Of a stretch of 64,000 nucleotides of DNA, positions 61,300-64,000 are shown in pieces. Source of the DNA: Candidatus Cloacimonadota bacterium (GTDB taxonomy: Bacteria; Cloacimonadota; Cloacimonadia; Cloacimonadales; WRIO01); the NCBI GenBank assembly GCA_029564175.1, contig JAKQQL010000474.1, positions 14,120 to 78,119 of the forward strand, written 5' to 3'. Under the pieces are notes generated by a model. It saw nothing but the letters and a program-made list of their open reading frames with translations. It was not told where the DNA came from and made no database searches. Positions within the stretch are counted from its first letter, which is position 1, and the number at the start of each line of letters is the position of its first letter. The translations under genes and the position numbers were made by a program.

Positions 61300-62359
61300 T
61301 GGACGCAGTTCCTTTCGGAATCCTAATTTGATTCTGTATTGCAAAATCATGAATTCTTGTGGATTGATTTTTCATAATTATCCTCAAATGATCAGGGCCC
61401 ATTGATGTAAAAATGTCATTTGGGTCAGAATGTTTTAATACTACAATTTCGGTATCTGGATAATAAGACTGTAATCTTTTTGACAAATTCAAAATTGATT
61501 CAACATTTCCTTTATCTTTTTCAATTGAATCAAGAACAATTTTAATTTTTGTAAATGGTGTAAAATTATGTTTAAGTATTTCCAATCCATTCTTTGAAAG
61601 ATTTTTACCAAGTAGGGAAATAGCAACATAATCATTCATGGATTTATTAACACTATAAGCATCAAAATATCCTTCTGTAATATAAAGGACATTTGTTTTT
61701 GGATTTGAAACAACTTCATCCAAAAAAGAAAAAGATTCAGAAGGTTTACTAAAATGATACTTTTCAATGTCTTTAGAAGAAAGATTATAATATCTCGGAG
61801 ACTTACCAATATCATGATATTTTCTTCCTACCAAATGACTGACTTCATAATTATTAATGATAGGAATGTAAATATAATTCTCATCAACAAAATAATTGTC
61901 AATTTCTTCAACATCACCATTTGTTCTTTTAAGAGCATATTCATAAGCACTTGACACTTCTGAAATATGAAGTAGTTTGTAATCATTAATGAATTTACTA
62001 AAATTAGATTCTTTATTGGCAGTTTTTTCTTTGTATTCTTGAATTGTTAAAGAAGTAATTATTCTTGCCATGTCATAATGACTAACACCTAAGTCTTCTG
62101 CCATGATATAATAAAATTCATCCAACAAATCATAATCCTTGAAGTATTTAAAAATGGTTTTGGATTCCTTACATTTAAAACAATAAAAATTGTTCCATGT
62201 AAGATTAATTATACCATGAAACTTTGTATCTTGGCAATAGGGGCAATTGACAATCAGTTTATCATGTTCCGAACTGTTCTTTGTTTGAATATTGTTCAAA
62301 ATAAATCTTTTAATTACTGGCAAGTGTTCTTTTGTGAGATGAATAAATTGTTTATTCAT
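61262..62359 (-). CDS. DNA primase (zinc ribbon + Toprim)
   Basis: CPYCQDTKFHG...YCFKCKESK zinc ribbon. YITEGYFDAYS (Toprim Glu) and IVLDSIEKDKG (DxD-like). Likely start MNKQFIHL overlaps the helicase stop. Confidence 0.7.
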   Translation of the reverse strand: MNKQFIHLTKEHLPVIKRFILNNIQTKNSSEHDKLIVNCPYCQDTKFHGIINLTWNNFYCFKCKESKTIFKYFKDYDLLDEFYYIMAEDLGVSHYDMARIITSLTIQEYKEKTANKESNFSKFINDYKLLHISEVSSAYEYALKRTNGDVEEIDNYFVDENYIYIPIINNYEVSHLVGRKYHDIGKSPRYYNLSSKDIEKYHFSKPSESFSFLDEVVSNPKTNVLYITEGYFDAYSVNKSMNDYVAISLLGKNLSKNGLEILKHNFTPFTKIKIVLDSIEKDKGNVESILNLSKRLQSYYPDTEIVVLKHSDPNDIFTSMGPDHLRIIMKNQSTRIHDFAIQNQIRIPKGTASNVNLRKFITDWK

Positions 62360-63704
62360 TGCTTTCCTCATCTCCAGAAGGGCCATCTTCTTTTGACCAA
62401 TCTCTTGTTAAACATCTTGAATAATCAATATAGGCATTAAATGCTCCACCATCTTCCCCATAACGAGAAGCAGCTACAAACAATTTAGCCTTATGATTTC
62501 GTTTATCAGCAGGAGTGCAATTAATACTGACAGCAACAGTTGCAATTCTTACAATACCAAAAGATTCAGCAACATCTGCCATATCAATTAATTCTCCCTC
62601 TTCAAGTCTTCGAACAGAATCCCTATTTGTTTGAGAAGCCGTCACGAGTCTGATTTTCAATTCTTCAGCTACTCGTTTCAATCCATAATAGATATTGTCT
62701 ATTTCAAATCTTTTCTGTGTATATCTCCTAGTTGGTGCCATAATATCAGCATAGTCAACACAAACCGTATCAGGAAAGAAACCAGTAACGCAATGGTGTT
62801 TCTTAATGAACATCAACAGTTGATCAGGTGTAAAAGCATCAGGAGGACATTCTTTCACAACTAATTTTCCAAGATAATCTTTTTGTAATTCTTTTAATCT
62901 ACGAACAGTCGTATTCATTAGGAGTTCATTCTTTGTTAATCCAAGAAGTCTCATATCATATCTATCAATAATTCTTTTTTCTGACATTTCCAAAGTAATA
63001 TGTAAAACATTTCTTTGTTCAAGTAATGCTTTGGCCCCAACATTTACAAGAAACATTGATTTGCCAGCTTTGGCAGGAGCTAGAAAAGTAAACAAATCTC
63101 CTTCTGTTAAACCACCATCCAATGCTTCATCAAGTCTTGAAAATCCTGTAGGAATTCTTAAATAGTCGGTATGTTCCAATCTAGCTTTATGACGAGTTAA
63201 TATTTCCTGTTCATCATAAGCTACTGTTCCCATTTCATAAATATCAGTTCCAACAGATAATGCTTCTTCAATACGTTCCTTAATCTTTGGATATTTTTCA
63301 ATTTCCGAAAGATCATTAATAGATTCAACAATACTCTTTTTCATTGCCTGGTGTTGAACAAATGTCAAAACATTATCTTGAATAAAATCAAGTTCACCTT
63401 GTTTAAGATCACGATAATTATAAACCGTTTCAATAAGTTCATCAACTTCTTCTGTTTTTACTTTGGCAGGAATGAAATTATCCAAAGCAATCTTAGAAGG
63501 AAGTTCTTGATACTTCTCAAAGAATTTTCTAATTGCAGCAAACAATAAAGAATACGTGTCCACCTCAAAATGAAGTGGACTAATTTCACTTCCCAATCTC
63601 AACATAAATGTGGGATGTTGTAAACAAGCAATAATTACTTCCCTTTGAAAATCTAATGTAAAAGCAAATTTGTCTGGTTCATAAACTGTATTGTTATGAG
63701 TCAT
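62352..63704 (-). CDS. DnaB-like replicative helicase
   Basis: PTGFSRLDEALDGGLTEGDLFTFLAPAKAGKSMFLVNVG (DnaB C-terminal domain with Walker A), VCVDYADIM (Walker B-like). 450 aa. Confidence 0.8.
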   Translation of the reverse strand: MTHNNTVYEPDKFAFTLDFQREVIIACLQHPTFMLRLGSEISPLHFEVDTYSLLFAAIRKFFEKYQELPSKIALDNFIPAKVKTEEVDELIETVYNYRDLKQGELDFIQDNVLTFVQHQAMKKSIVESINDLSEIEKYPKIKERIEEALSVGTDIYEMGTVAYDEQEILTRHKARLEHTDYLRIPTGFSRLDEALDGGLTEGDLFTFLAPAKAGKSMFLVNVGAKALLEQRNVLHITLEMSEKRIIDRYDMRLLGLTKNELLMNTTVRRLKELQKDYLGKLVVKECPPDAFTPDQLLMFIKKHHCVTGFFPDTVCVDYADIMAPTRRYTQKRFEIDNIYYGLKRVAEELKIRLVTASQTNRDSVRRLEEGELIDMADVAESFGIVRIATVAVSINCTPADKRNHKAKLFVAASRYGEDGGAFNAYIDYSRCLTRDWSKEDGPSGDEESNE

Positions 63705-63743
63705 TCAATATCCTCCAATTTTTGTAAACCTTCCTCAATGATA

Positions 63744-63980
63744 TCATGAATCGTCAAAATTGGCAAGACTGATTTTTTGTTTGGTCAAACTTGATCGAAT
63801 TTTTGAATCTTCTGTAGTATTATTAGATGTTCCATTCAAAACATAATCTCGAAAACATTTACTAAATTCACCTTGAAAAATCATTACAATTTCTTTATAT
63901 TTCAATTCTGAATGTTGATGTTGAATCTTTTTCAAATTGGAAATATCTACTTCATATATAGAAGAGGCCCATGACAACAT
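63744..63980 (-). CDS. Small hypothetical protein (start may lie beyond the window)
   Basis: 78-aa ORF. AAGAGG lies 8 nt upstream of ATG 63980, but the frame stays open to the window edge. Confidence 0.4.
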   Translation of the reverse strand: MLSWASSIYEVDISNLKKIQHQHSELKYKEIVMIFQGEFSKCFRDYVLNGTSNNTTEDSKIRSSLTKQKISLANFDDS

Positions 63981-64000
63981 TTCATCGGCCTCTTTAATTC

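Noticed and set aside
1-64000. Genome-wide reassignment of TGA (code 4 or 25).
   Set aside because: ORFs of 1727, 1623, 1172, 1146 and 1110 aa are uninterrupted under the standard code. TGA also closes several well-formed genes (14185, 42615 followed by a second TGA, 44463, 51495 followed by TAA). Only the 9333-9449 cluster looks like sense TGA, so it is treated as a local anomaly.

Overview
AT-rich (about 30% GC by hand counts) tailed-phage DNA with Shine-Dalgarno-led genes and at least one sigma70-type promoter, so the host is bacterial. The plus strand (1-56.6 kb) starts with a tail and baseplate module in Mu/P2-like order: chaperone-like ORFs, tape measure, LysM protein, hub, gpV/gp5-like spike, gp25-like, Baseplate-J-like and gpI-like genes. 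About 25 kb of giant fibre/adhesin genes follow (14.8-39.4 kb), including three paralogues of 1110-1727 aa, LamG-like and discoidin-like modules, and a sharply bounded 60-65% GC island encoding a C-type-lectin-like tip protein. Next is an accessory unit (40.4-50.5 kb) bounded by terminators, then a lysis cassette, an NMNAT-like/ligase-like fusion with a HAD phosphatase, and a J-domain protein. The minus strand (56.6-64 kb) carries replication and recombination genes: DnaB-like helicase, primase, PolA-like polymerase, T4 gp32-like SSB, RecA/UvsX-like recombinase and a possible dimeric dUTPase. The best candidate for a new system is two radical-SAM enzymes (one SPASM-like) directly upstream of a 417-aa protein made of CxCxxRT repeats. 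The same octad repeat is embedded in the 1727-aa tail fibre, which suggests enzymatic crosslinking of virion proteins. Other notable signals are a five-gene membrane PAS/GAF/CHASE4-like sensor cluster with no output domain, three in-frame TGA codons in glycine-rich context joining the spike ORF to the next ORF, and the GC-rich foreign cassette. All family assignments come from motif recognition by eye and need HMM or structure confirmation.
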